From Bacteroidota bacterium (lineage in GTDB: Bacteria; Bacteroidota; Ignavibacteria; Kapaibacteriales; UBA961), in contig JBEEPK010000008.1 of NCBI GenBank assembly GCA_041191145.1, forward strand, positions 1-59,943: a stretch of DNA of 59,943 bases, in the 5' to 3' direction. The notes under the pieces are model-generated. The model made no database searches and was not told where the DNA came from. It saw only the letters and a list, made by a program, of their open reading frames with translations. The position numbers and the translations under genes were made by a program. Of this stretch, positions 32,253-42,075 are shown piece by piece. The first letter of the stretch is position 1; each line of letters begins with the position of its first letter.

Positions 32253-35200
32253 TTATCGATTGATTGTGAATGGTTTCACTTCTGTAAAGAGTCCTGCATT
32301 AATTCTACAGAAATAATTACCATTTGGAAGCGCATCCATTGGAATGGAAAGGCGATAATCACCTTTTTCCAATGTTTCATTCACCGCAAGTGATACTCTT
32401 TCACCTTGTGCATTATAGATTTCAATCGTAGTGTTCACTTTGAAACCTATGCTATAATCGATGGAAATATCACTGCTATGTACAGGATTCGGACTTACTC
32501 CTTTCAAGGCGAATGAGGATCCAGAGAATGAAATCAAACGACCATTAACAAAACATGCATCAATGCTCACTGTTGCATGCTTGGTTGAAATCGGTGTACA
32601 GATCTCGCGATCTTTGGTGGTTGCATCCGCGATATCAATGGTATATGTTGCCGAATCACTCAAGAGAATTTTGAATTTCGCATTGAACAAATCACCATTT
32701 ATAGGATTGGTCGTTCCAATTGCTTTCACAATAAGACCATCTGTGAATTCACTCGCTGTGACAGTCCAATTCGGAAGACCGGGTCCTGCACTGATTGAAC
32801 CTAGTTCATATGCCATCATGTCGCCATCATATTTGACTTTACATTCAATGGTTCGAACATTTGCATCAGACCATGAACCATTTGCAGTACCTTTGACCGC
32901 AAATTGTTGTATCGTGCCTGCCTTGACTTTTTCGACTTTGTTTGGAGATATTTCCAAAGTCAATGGAACCACAAAGCCATTACCTTTCAAATCAATTGTT
33001 GCTGTAATGATATTACCTTGAGCATCTTTGAGATTTGTTGGCGTGACAAGTACACCTGCACTGAATGCACGCACGGCATCAGGAGAGAATGTAACACCAA
33101 CAGTATATGTCTCATTCGGCTTGATTGTAATCGGATATGTTTGAGGATCAAGCGTAAACAAGCCTGCATCTGCTCCAATCAATTGCATATCACCAATGAT
33201 CAAATCATCTGTTCCGGGATTTGAAATGGTTGAGGTTAAACGCTTATCATCACAAGTAATCACATTACCATAATCAATCGGAGTTACTTTGATATCTGGA
33301 TAGCGAGTTTCAATACCTGTACCAATCACATCAACATTTGTCACGATGCGTGGTTCTTCAACTGTTCTTGTACCGGGTGCAGCATCATTCATGATATCTA
33401 CTGCAGTCATTCGGCGACCAATCGCAGTTGGCTTGAAGCGAACCGGAATTTTGATATCACCACCGATTGGAATGGAAATATTCGCCGGTAATGTAGCCGG
33501 TGATGTCCACTCAAAATCGGTTGCATTTGGTCCTGCTGCACTAAAATCAACGCTTTCGATGAACAATGCAGAACTTGTGCTTGTATTCTTGATGAGTACT
33601 TCACCATCTGTTGCTGCAAAGCTACCAACAAGTACTTGACCAGGGAATTCATAGCCGGTGGCTTGAATTTTTGGAAGGAAGCCATAGCCTTTCAATGTTC
33701 CTGTTGCAATGCCTGCATTATTAGCTGTTGCTATGATTGTTGTTGTATGATCGAATTCGCCTGTTGGTTCATATTCAATCTGTACGGTGACCTTATCGCC
33801 ATTATTGCGAAGAACAAATGGTGCTGCATCACTCACTGGTGGATTGATATTGATGATGCGGAAATTTGGATCAGCAGGTTGTGCGAGTTCCACTTTTGTC
33901 ACATTCGCAGGAGCTGATCCGGAATTTGTCACATATACTTCTTTTACCAACACTGTTCCTTGTCGACGCTTACCCCAATCTTGATCGGTTATTACCAATC
34001 CAGGCTGAATGCCTGTTCCATACCATGTTGAATTCGGGGAGCAATCATCTCCATATGAATCAGATTGGAATCCAATATTGATTGTATCTGAGCGCTCGGA
34101 TGTTGGATTGAAACAAACTGAATTAAAGAATAATGACTGCTTCGGTGCAATCTTAAATGGGAATACGGGATTTGTTGGATTCGAAACTGAGAACGGAGCC
34201 ACAACACCGGTGATTCCCGAAATGGTCAATGTATCTGTTCCATTATTCGATATTCTCAAACCAGGAGCACCACCTTGATCTTTGCAATATGTTTGATTGA
34301 TTGGAACGCGACCTGCATTCCATTCCGGCTCAACTGCAATGCAAGGACGAACGCCTTGACCACGAAGAGGCCAAGTGAATTCAGCACAATCTGTTTTTGC
34401 CATGAGTGAATCAATGTCGAATGTCTTTTCATCGGGGATCTCACGATCTGGTGTATATGCAATCGTGATTTCACGACTTTCACCAGCTTTCAATGGCGTG
34501 GTATCTGCATTGATGATTTTATACACCAAACCAAATCGTGTTTTGATTTCCTTAAGCGTGATTTCGTTCTTGCTTTCATTCTTGAGCTGCACTTTCATTT
34601 CTTTCGTTGTACCCAAGCGCACTTTCCCAAAGTTCACGGGATCAGGATTGAGTGCAAGTTTATCTACGACATATTTAACACTGTCGATGGTATAATTCCC
34701 TGCTCTGTCCATAACCACAAAGATTGCAAATGCATCTTTGGTTTTGTCTTTGACCTTGAACTCGAACTTGAATTCTTTGACTTTTGGATCTACGACAATT
34801 CTATCCGCTGTCAAAAATTTCAAATCATAATTATATGAAACAGAGTCTATCATCTCAATTGTTGATATACCTTGATCAACTTGCGCAGTATCTGGTGGTG
34901 GACCAAATGTGCGAACTTCGGTTGCAGTATATGTAAAGTCTCCACATTCCTCTTCGAATGTCAATACAGGTGGTAATGTATCGACTTCATCTAATTTTCT
35001 GATTGCCATAGCAGCCGGCCAACCATAAGAATCAAAAGAACTGAAGCCATAAATATACCCACCGAATCTAGTTTGACTCGTAACTCTATGTGGACCTGGA
35101 TTCACATTCACATTTTGCCAATAAAGATTGGTTCCCGGTATTCGATTAGAAAGAAATGTAGGCTTCGTCACCCAGATTGGTTTGCCATCCAATGCTACTG

Positions 35201-36509
35201 ATTTCAATTTCTTTTGTTCTGGATCATTTGGATCGCCTTCAGCTATGACATTAAACCAATTCGTACTGAATGCACTATTCGCAGGGGATTGGAAAACTGT
35301 AGCCTGAATATATTGTTCTTGAGGAGTTACAATGATCATGAAAGGATCAAAAATATCACCCTTGTCCCAATTAGCTGAGTAAGAATACTGCATGACAAAA
35401 ATTGGTTTATCAGCTTCCCACACTGAAGTGCCACGGAAACCTTCAACTAATCCTCTTCCAACATATTGATTGAAATCCTCAAAGAATTCTCCAGCATTTA
35501 AGACGCCTTCTCTTTGTCCAAGCAAGACTCCTGTGACTTTATCATAGTACTTCATCTTCCAACGCGTTTGATTCTGAGATGCAACTACTCTGAAGAAATC
35601 TCCCATATCATCACGCTTATACTCAACTGTGACATACCGTTTACCCCATGCCTGAACGGGAGGTATCATTTCACAAATATGGTCTCTTCCATTCACATTT
35701 GTCGCTGGGATCATAACGCGTTCAACATAGGAAACCAAACCAATCGGTTTATTCGAAGTGATCTTTGTGCCTGTCATATCGAATACACCACGAGTGGTGG
35801 CTTCACCTTTCACATTGAAAACTTGTCCTTTCATCAAAGTGGCTTTGATGGTTTTACCTAAGCGATTACCCTTAACGGTTTTTGCACCTGGACTATTACC
35901 ACCTCTTCCTCTTAGGAGTATCGTGATTTCAGTATCATCTTCAGAAGCAACTACAGTAAAGCCGGTTGCCCATTTACCGAATTCCAAAAAGTCATAATAA
36001 CTACAATGAATATACTCAGTACCCCAAACACTTGTGGGCAATGCAAGATATCCTTCAGAAGTTACGGGTTTTGCATTAAGCACATAGACAGATATTGGAG
36101 CATCTGCAAAAACATGAATACCCATATTATCAGGAATCTCACTGGAAGTAAGCTCCCAACCAGAAGAGACAGATCCATCTCTTGTGCTGAATGTAACTAC
36201 ATCAAGTGCTTTCAATGTTTTTTTGCGACTGAAACCTTGACCTGGTACTTCCAATGTGACTACGGTATTCGAACTACCGGTCACATATATTTCAATAGCA
36301 TTCAGCGGTGCTGATGCATTATCATTCATCGGGATTGCAAACCAGAAGTCTTTTCCTTGAGCGGAATTATTCAATACTGCTTCAGGAGCAGGAAATTTCT
36401 TGGCAACTTCGGGGAAGTTTTGTCTGTGAGATTGCGCATTTGCACCAAACACATGTAATGCTAAGCCAATCAGCAAGACGAGAATTCGTATACCACTATT
36501 CATTCTCAT
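32253..36509 (-). CDS. Large T9SS cargo protein: IgGFc-binding N-terminal domain, Ig-like (choice-of-anchor D/ASH) repeats, C-terminal sorting domain
   Basis: Signal peptide; GKDFWFAIP, YLALPTSVWGTEY, PVQAWGKRY; repeated FG...N.G...L...G.G modules; SPNP...IEIYNAQGE...LPNGNYF C-terminal domain. Confidence 0.8.
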   Translation of the reverse strand: MRMNSGIRILVLLIGLALHVFGANAQSHRQNFPEVAKKFPAPEAVLNNSAQGKDFWFAIPMNDNASAPLNAIEIYVTGSSNTVVTLEVPGQGFSRKKTLKALDVVTFSTRDGSVSSGWELTSSEIPDNMGIHVFADAPISVYVLNAKPVTSEGYLALPTSVWGTEYIHCSYYDFLEFGKWATGFTVVASEDDTEITILLRGRGGNSPGAKTVKGNRLGKTIKATLMKGQVFNVKGEATTRGVFDMTGTKITSNKPIGLVSYVERVMIPATNVNGRDHICEMIPPVQAWGKRYVTVEYKRDDMGDFFRVVASQNQTRWKMKYYDKVTGVLLGQREGVLNAGEFFEDFNQYVGRGLVEGFRGTSVWEADKPIFVMQYSYSANWDKGDIFDPFMIIVTPQEQYIQATVFQSPANSAFSTNWFNVIAEGDPNDPEQKKLKSVALDGKPIWVTKPTFLSNRIPGTNLYWQNVNVNPGPHRVTSQTRFGGYIYGFSSFDSYGWPAAMAIRKLDEVDTLPPVLTFEEECGDFTYTATEVRTFGPPPDTAQVDQGISTIEMIDSVSYNYDLKFLTADRIVVDPKVKEFKFEFKVKDKTKDAFAIFVVMDRAGNYTIDSVKYVVDKLALNPDPVNFGKVRLGTTKEMKVQLKNESKNEITLKEIKTRFGLVYKIINADTTPLKAGESREITIAYTPDREIPDEKTFDIDSLMAKTDCAEFTWPLRGQGVRPCIAVEPEWNAGRVPINQTYCKDQGGAPGLRISNNGTDTLTISGITGVVAPFSVSNPTNPVFPFKIAPKQSLFFNSVCFNPTSERSDTINIGFQSDSYGDDCSPNSTWYGTGIQPGLVITDQDWGKRRQGTVLVKEVYVTNSGSAPANVTKVELAQPADPNFRIININPPVSDAAPFVLRNNGDKVTVQIEYEPTGEFDHTTTIIATANNAGIATGTLKGYGFLPKIQATGYEFPGQVLVGSFAATDGEVLIKNTSTSSALFIESVDFSAAGPNATDFEWTSPATLPANISIPIGGDIKIPVRFKPTAIGRRMTAVDIMNDAAPGTRTVEEPRIVTNVDVIGTGIETRYPDIKVTPIDYGNVITCDDKRLTSTISNPGTDDLIIGDMQLIGADAGLFTLDPQTYPITIKPNETYTVGVTFSPDAVRAFSAGVLVTPTNLKDAQGNIITATIDLKGNGFVVPLTLEISPNKVEKVKAGTIQQFAVKGTANGSWSDANVRTIECKVKYDGDMMAYELGSISAGPGLPNWTVTASEFTDGLIVKAIGTTNPINGDLFNAKFKILLSDSATYTIDIADATTKDREICTPISTKHATVSIDACFVNGRLISFSGSSFALKGVSPNPVHSSDISIDYSIGFKVNTTIEIYNAQGERVSLAVNETLEKGDYRLSIPMDALPNGNYFCRINAGLFTEVKPFTINR

Positions 36510-36625
36510 CGCTCTCCATATATAGATTTTATTAATATTCGAGATAATACAGGCTTCAAAATACCGTAAAAAGTTAAGCAGTCCAATATGCCTGTGGAAA
36601 TGTGGATATCTCTTTGCTTAATTCA

Positions 36626-37489
36626 CTAACTCTTTGAAAGACAAAGTATATTATCTATCAATCGAGTCTTCCCTAGAGACCCTGCAATCAATAATACTAA
36701 GTCTTTGTTTTTATTGAAGATATCAGGAGTCTCAAGTGCCTCGGCCTCTGCAACTGAGGCATATTGTATGGTAAAATCCGGACAAGTAGCAAGAATATCC
36801 TTCATTACTTGTTCAACTTCCGCTCTAACTCTTGTGCCGGTTTGTATTTTGGAATGACCCGCCATGAGCGCACTATGTAACACAAGTGCTTGTTTTTTTT
36901 CTTCATCGCTGAGATACACATTCCTCGAACTCATCGCAAGTCCGCTTGATTCGCGGAGAGTTGGTACGATAGAGATTGTGATCCCCATATTGAGATCTTT
37001 CACCATTTGCTTTATGATGAGAGTTTGCTGATAATCTTTTTGTCCAAAAAATGCGGTATGTGGTTTTGTGGCACCAAACAGCTTTGCCACAACTGTTGCC
37101 ACGCCCTCAAAATGCCCTGGCCGAAATGCACCTTCAAATCTTTTGCTTATGTTCGAAACGGAAATAGTGGTTTGATAATTCGGGGGATACATTTCATCAA
37201 CCGAAGGATAATATACGATGCTTCCACCGGATGCTTCGATGATTGCCATATCTCTTTCGGGGTCACGGGGATAGCGCTCAAAATCTTCATTCGGACCAAA
37301 TTGCATTGGGTTCACAAAAATTGTTGTGATTACTTCATCATGATGTTTGGCTGCTTCTTTGATGAGTGAAGCATGTCCATCATGCAGATATCCCATGGTT
37401 GGAACACATGCTATTGTACTCCCTTTCATGCGAAGCGAATCCGACAAAGTCTGCATTTCCTGCACTGTATGAATAATTGTTAGGGGCAT
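36626..37489 (-). CDS. panC: Pantoate-beta-alanine ligase
   Basis: VPTMGYLHDGH, FVNPMQF, RPGHFEGV, FGQKD, AMSSRN, RLIDN. Confidence 0.97.
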   Translation of the reverse strand: MPLTIIHTVQEMQTLSDSLRMKGSTIACVPTMGYLHDGHASLIKEAAKHHDEVITTIFVNPMQFGPNEDFERYPRDPERDMAIIEASGGSIVYYPSVDEMYPPNYQTTISVSNISKRFEGAFRPGHFEGVATVVAKLFGATKPHTAFFGQKDYQQTLIIKQMVKDLNMGITISIVPTLRESSGLAMSSRNVYLSDEEKKQALVLHSALMAGHSKIQTGTRVRAEVEQVMKDILATCPDFTIQYASVAEAEALETPDIFNKNKDLVLLIAGSLGKTRLIDNILCLSKS

Positions 37490-37492
37490 ATC

Positions 37493-38275
37493 ATGAAAAG
37501 AAAAATTGGAATTCTATTCTGCTGTGTATTCTTCTTGCTTGGGAAAATTTCAGCCCAAAAGACACGCAAATATACCACCAAAAAGGACATTCAACATCCG
37601 GCATTTGACAGCATCGTAAAGCATTCATTCAAGAATAAGATATTGATTGCTTCCTTATGTGATACTTCGATGATTATTGCGGAAATGACCGCATTCAAGA
37701 AGTCAATTGAACTCAATGACAAAGATCCTATCCAATTGATTTGCGATTTGGGGAATTTCTATCATGCGTGGATGATATTGACATTATGCAGGAATCAATC
37801 ACTCATTCGCACCGGAAATGATGATGAGTTCTATTTCCGCGATACAATATTGATCGATAAAGTGCAATATACCCTGAAGTCACTTCGCGAGTCTATTATC
37901 AGACTTGGCTTGAAATCAAAACTTCTATTAGCTTTTTCACTATGGAATGGCACAAAATCAGGAGCAAATCCACCCAAAAAATCTTGGTCCAAACAATCAT
38001 TAAAAACAATGATACTATCAGCCGGGAAAGCATTCTTTAAAAATGCCGACGATGAATTCACGGCGGATCTTGCAGTGAATACACTCTGTATTTCTGAACA
38101 AATCATACAAGAACTGGATATGAGTCCTTCGAAGAATGGCATTGACATCAATGAATTATTACCCACTATTTCCCAATATCTCCCTGATCATATATCTGCA
38201 TACTGTGCATTGAATAAAGCAAAGATAAAAATGAGAGTCATTCCCGTCTCCGATATACTCGCGCGAAGTCCGTGA
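37493..38275 (+). CDS. Secreted hypothetical protein, possibly a divergent DUF547 family member
   Basis: Signal peptide; NFYHAW, YTLKSLRESIIR and AFSLWNGTKSG loosely resemble DUF547 motifs. Confidence 0.4.
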   Translation: MKRKIGILFCCVFFLLGKISAQKTRKYTTKKDIQHPAFDSIVKHSFKNKILIASLCDTSMIIAEMTAFKKSIELNDKDPIQLICDLGNFYHAWMILTLCRNQSLIRTGNDDEFYFRDTILIDKVQYTLKSLRESIIRLGLKSKLLLAFSLWNGTKSGANPPKKSWSKQSLKTMILSAGKAFFKNADDEFTADLAVNTLCISEQIIQELDMSPSKNGIDINELLPTISQYLPDHISAYCALNKAKIKMRVIPVSDILARSP

Positions 38276-38279
38276 AAGT

Positions 38280-39218
38280 TCATTCAATGAGATAAATGCT
38301 TTGTTCCAATCCGGCTGCAATGGCTTCTTTTTTGAGATATACATATTGCATTGCAGTTGATTTCCACTTGAGTCGCATTCTCTGCATGATGTGTTCTTCA
38401 TCAAATCCCGCGATTGCAAGAAGGCAACCTCCTGTATGTCGCAAAGTATATGCAGAGAGCAATTTTCTCCTTTCTTGTGAGATTGCGACTTTTGATATTC
38501 TCTGATGTATTGCATTACGGAAGCCACGCATGCTCATCGCTTGTCCATTTGTTCTATTGCTATTACTTTCAAACAATGGAGTTTCTGGTTGTGGGATCGA
38601 CTCACCAAAACGCATTTGAATATACGATTGCATGGTTTGATGAACGCATTGTGGAATATAGAGTGAATCACCATTTTTCAGGATAAATTGTCCATTCTCC
38701 GAGATATCCTTCACCTGAGCTTCATGCATTTCTTTCTCGGTCAAAAAGCAAGAAAGAAGCAGATACATGATCATGGTATCACGGAGATCTGTCACTGTTG
38801 GTTCTTTTCCGGGATATAGTAAACTCTCTAATTCATCATGTGTGAAATATGCAGGAAGTTTCTTGGAATTACTTATTCCTTTAATTCGCTTTGCAGGATT
38901 TCTTGGTAATTCTTTACATTCAACCAGATACTGACAAAATCTACGAAGCGCTGTGAGATAAGTAGAAACTGTGGCTGGACTCAATTGTTTTTTTTGACCC
39001 AAATAAGCAGCATATCGTTCGATATCAGTGAGTCTGAACTTGAAATTTCTATCAATCAGAATAAAAGAAAGGAAACTTTGAAGTGCCATTGAATAGGTCT
39101 TCACAGTTTCCTTTGCATAATGTTTCATTTGATATGTAATGAACACCTTGATATGTTCATCCATTGCGGCATTTGGAATTGTCACCGGTTGGAACAGATC
39201 CTCATTCAGCCGCGGCAT
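38280..39218 (-). CDS. Tyrosine recombinase/integrase family protein (XerC/D-like) with a degenerate catalytic box
   Basis: SAM-like N-terminus (TVKTY, SPATVSTYLTALRRFCQYL, NPA); LRD; YTLRHT; KWKSTAMQY. Confidence 0.8.
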   Translation of the reverse strand: MPRLNEDLFQPVTIPNAAMDEHIKVFITYQMKHYAKETVKTYSMALQSFLSFILIDRNFKFRLTDIERYAAYLGQKKQLSPATVSTYLTALRRFCQYLVECKELPRNPAKRIKGISNSKKLPAYFTHDELESLLYPGKEPTVTDLRDTMIMYLLLSCFLTEKEMHEAQVKDISENGQFILKNGDSLYIPQCVHQTMQSYIQMRFGESIPQPETPLFESNSNRTNGQAMSMRGFRNAIHQRISKVAISQERRKLLSAYTLRHTGGCLLAIAGFDEEHIMQRMRLKWKSTAMQYVYLKKEAIAAGLEQSIYLIE

Positions 39219-39220
39219 CT

Positions 39221-40540
39221 TTATTTCCCAATTATGATGACTTCAGTCCTTCGATTGAGCCTTCTGCCAAAATCAGTTGCATTGCTTGCAATCGGCTTGG
39301 AATCTCCCAATCCGGCTGACTCGAGTCTGCTTTGATCAACCCCCTTTTTGATAAGATATTGCCTTACGGCTTCGGCTCGCAGAACAGATAATTTTCTATT
39401 CAAAACTTTGCTTCCTCTCGAATCGGTATGTCCTTCAATACGAACGGAAACTTTGGGTCGATTCATGAGGAATTCTTTCAATAATTCCAATTCATAGACT
39501 GAGTCCGGAAGTGTTGAACTATTCGTAGGAAAGAGCAAGTTCTCAATGATCAACTTTCTTCCCAATTCAACGATTGGAATGATCTTTTTGACAATTTCTC
39601 TCTTTTGCTCATCAATAATTCCAACACTAAGTGAGTCAGGTATTGCTGTTTTGTCAGAACGATATGTAATGGCAAAAAGATTGGTCAATTGCGTTGAATA
39701 ATCATCAAGAATAGTGGCGAATGGTCTGGAAATATCAAACATCGAGCCACGAGTACCTTCTGTTACAGTACGATAATCTTGCAAAACGGGTGGGACTATT
39801 GAAAACAAGCGTATAGAGTTGTCTTTCATTGTTTGAATGATTGACTCGGTAGTATGCATTGTTCGACCTTGACCTCTTTCCCCTTTCTGATGATAAGGCG
39901 CATCGGTTATGATGATTGCTACTTTATTTGCGGCTTGTCTGAATTTCATTTTGGACATATCGGATAATGCCTCAAGTGCATTTTCTTTGTCATCACCACC
40001 ACCGGTTGCATAGACACCCGTTAGCCATTTATTGAAATCCTTTACATTATCAGTCGGATTATACACTTTCTCTACAACATCTGAAAAAAGCACAAGACCA
40101 ACTCTATAGTCAATACCTTTTGCGGTCACATTCCCAACGAATTTTTCAATATTGTTTCTAATGGCATTAATATAAGAGCCCATGGTTGCAGTTACATCAA
40201 GAACGAAGACAAAATCTATTGGAATGCTCTCTTTAAAGGATATTTTTTCAATAGAAATAACTCTCTTTGTAACTCCATTTTCGACTACTGAAAACTCTTT
40301 AGGATTTAAAGTATCCAATACTGTTCCATTGGCTTTCACAGCTTCAACAATCAATTTGACTTCAGGAAATCGAGTGACATCGATATTCTGAATAGCCATT
40401 CGTACATTTCCCTCGCCCATTTTCAATCGAGCCGATTCAGCGGCTTGTTTGGCTTGGGCTTTCACGGAATCTGTTTGCGCCTCAAGAGTATTGACCCAAA
40501 AGAGGAGAAAAAGTGATATGGTGAATGTAAGTATTCTCAT
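39221..40540 (-). CDS. Periplasmic VWA + OmpA-like peptidoglycan-binding protein
   Basis: Signal peptide; FVLDVTATM (MIDAS-like), GGDDKEN, IIITDA; IEGHTDSRG, LSVLRA, GRRLNRRTE. Confidence 0.88.
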   Translation of the reverse strand: MRILTFTISLFLLFWVNTLEAQTDSVKAQAKQAAESARLKMGEGNVRMAIQNIDVTRFPEVKLIVEAVKANGTVLDTLNPKEFSVVENGVTKRVISIEKISFKESIPIDFVFVLDVTATMGSYINAIRNNIEKFVGNVTAKGIDYRVGLVLFSDVVEKVYNPTDNVKDFNKWLTGVYATGGGDDKENALEALSDMSKMKFRQAANKVAIIITDAPYHQKGERGQGRTMHTTESIIQTMKDNSIRLFSIVPPVLQDYRTVTEGTRGSMFDISRPFATILDDYSTQLTNLFAITYRSDKTAIPDSLSVGIIDEQKREIVKKIIPIVELGRKLIIENLLFPTNSSTLPDSVYELELLKEFLMNRPKVSVRIEGHTDSRGSKVLNRKLSVLRAEAVRQYLIKKGVDQSRLESAGLGDSKPIASNATDFGRRLNRRTEVIIIGK

Positions 40541-40558
40541 AGATTGGAATGTACTTGC

Positions 40559-40600
40559 AAAAGAAACCCCCTGACAAGAAGCACCTGCACAGGGGGAAAA
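40559..40600 (-). terminator. Possible terminator between the barrel gene and the VWA-OmpA gene
   Basis: CCCCCTG...CAGGGGG stem followed by TTTCTTTT on the minus strand. Confidence 0.55.
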
Positions 40601-40619
40601 CTGTTTTTGTTATTACAAC

Positions 40620-42017
40620 TTAGATATTGAGTCGCAATACAGGTGATACCATGAATACGGACTGATCAAATGGTCTCGATTCACTTCTCAAAGGAATTGA
40701 ATAACGAGCATCCAAATACAACCATTGTCCAAGGAGCGGCAGATATAATCTTCCCAAGAAAATTTGATTGGAGAACTGTGCACTCAAACCAAATGGGAAT
40801 GTTGATTGATTACGATATTCAACTTTTGCATATAACCAATCCAAAAACTCAGTTGGATGGAAGAAACGCAAACCTTCTGTTTTATCATTCAATGTGAATG
40901 GTCCGGAACTACCACCCAAACGATTGACAGCCACTTCTCTTACTTCAGTGTAATTCACTCCAAGATCAAAGCGGACATAATTCTCTGGATTTTCAGGATC
41001 CAACCACCAATTGTAGAATATACCAGTATTACCGGTAATTCTAAGGAGTGGAGCCACCACCAAAGGATCGCGTGGGCTCAGCGGATTATCTCTGAAATAT
41101 GCTGCATAGGTAGCACGCTCAATTGTTTTGAGTGTGTCTATACCTTGCAATGGGACTTCAACATGGAATGTCACGCCAAAATTTGGTTCAAACGGAGCAT
41201 GGAAATCAAAACCAAAAATTCCTTTTCCACCATATCCGGCATTCATGCGACGCTGTGGTAGGAAATTCAAGGCACCATTTGAAGTGTCTTGTAATCTATA
41301 TCCCATTCCAATATGGAAATGAAGCAAATTCGGTATCGCTTTACGAGTTGCGGGATCCTCATTCACATATAATGGATGCTGTACCATTACCTTGGCTTCA
41401 CCGGAAGAAACAAATGGCATACCGGCGCCTTCTGTTCCAATCTGTGAACGAATCCAATATCCATCTTCTTTACCGATCTTGAGCGTTTGCTCAAATGCTG
41501 ACAAAGAGTATGAATGTGTCGTATTAGTTGGCATCTCCAAATAATTCGTGATTGCTTCAATTTGTGCCTGGGATGGAGCAGAAGCTACCGGAACATCTTG
41601 ATAGCAATATGGTCTTTTAGGATTGATCAATAATGGAACCAAAGATTTTAGTTTGGATTCCACTTGATCTGCGGTCATTTTTTCTTTGCCGCATTCCACA
41701 AGCAAGATATTGAATTCAGGATTCTTGGGGTCTTTGATTGGTGCAGATGTAATCTGAATATTTCGCATATCAAGATTATCTGCAGATCTACCATCCAATT
41801 TGAATACTTGAAATATCTGCAATTGCAAATTCGGCTCGCATACACTCCAACGAGGGAAATAAGGCAATAGACCGGGATCGACGGATTTCAAATTCGCAAG
41901 TGCAAGCGAATCACTTGTTTGCGCTTGAAGAGTCATGAATCCAAATCCGCTCATCATAAAGATGGCCAGAAGGAAGTTATGCAAGTATCGTTGTTTGATC
42001 ATGGTTTTCATCACCAT
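40620..42017 (-). CDS. Hypothetical secreted protein, predicted outer-membrane beta-barrel (paralog of 42076-43869)
   Basis: Signal peptide (LQA-Q); amphipathic beta strands; C-terminal VLRLNI. Confidence 0.6.
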   Translation of the reverse strand: MVMKTMIKQRYLHNFLLAIFMMSGFGFMTLQAQTSDSLALANLKSVDPGLLPYFPRWSVCEPNLQLQIFQVFKLDGRSADNLDMRNIQITSAPIKDPKNPEFNILLVECGKEKMTADQVESKLKSLVPLLINPKRPYCYQDVPVASAPSQAQIEAITNYLEMPTNTTHSYSLSAFEQTLKIGKEDGYWIRSQIGTEGAGMPFVSSGEAKVMVQHPLYVNEDPATRKAIPNLLHFHIGMGYRLQDTSNGALNFLPQRRMNAGYGGKGIFGFDFHAPFEPNFGVTFHVEVPLQGIDTLKTIERATYAAYFRDNPLSPRDPLVVAPLLRITGNTGIFYNWWLDPENPENYVRFDLGVNYTEVREVAVNRLGGSSGPFTLNDKTEGLRFFHPTEFLDWLYAKVEYRNQSTFPFGLSAQFSNQIFLGRLYLPLLGQWLYLDARYSIPLRSESRPFDQSVFMVSPVLRLNI

Positions 42018-42075
42018 TTATATCGTAAGTTATCACTCAAATTAACAATGGCAATTACCATTGCTTCGCACTGAA

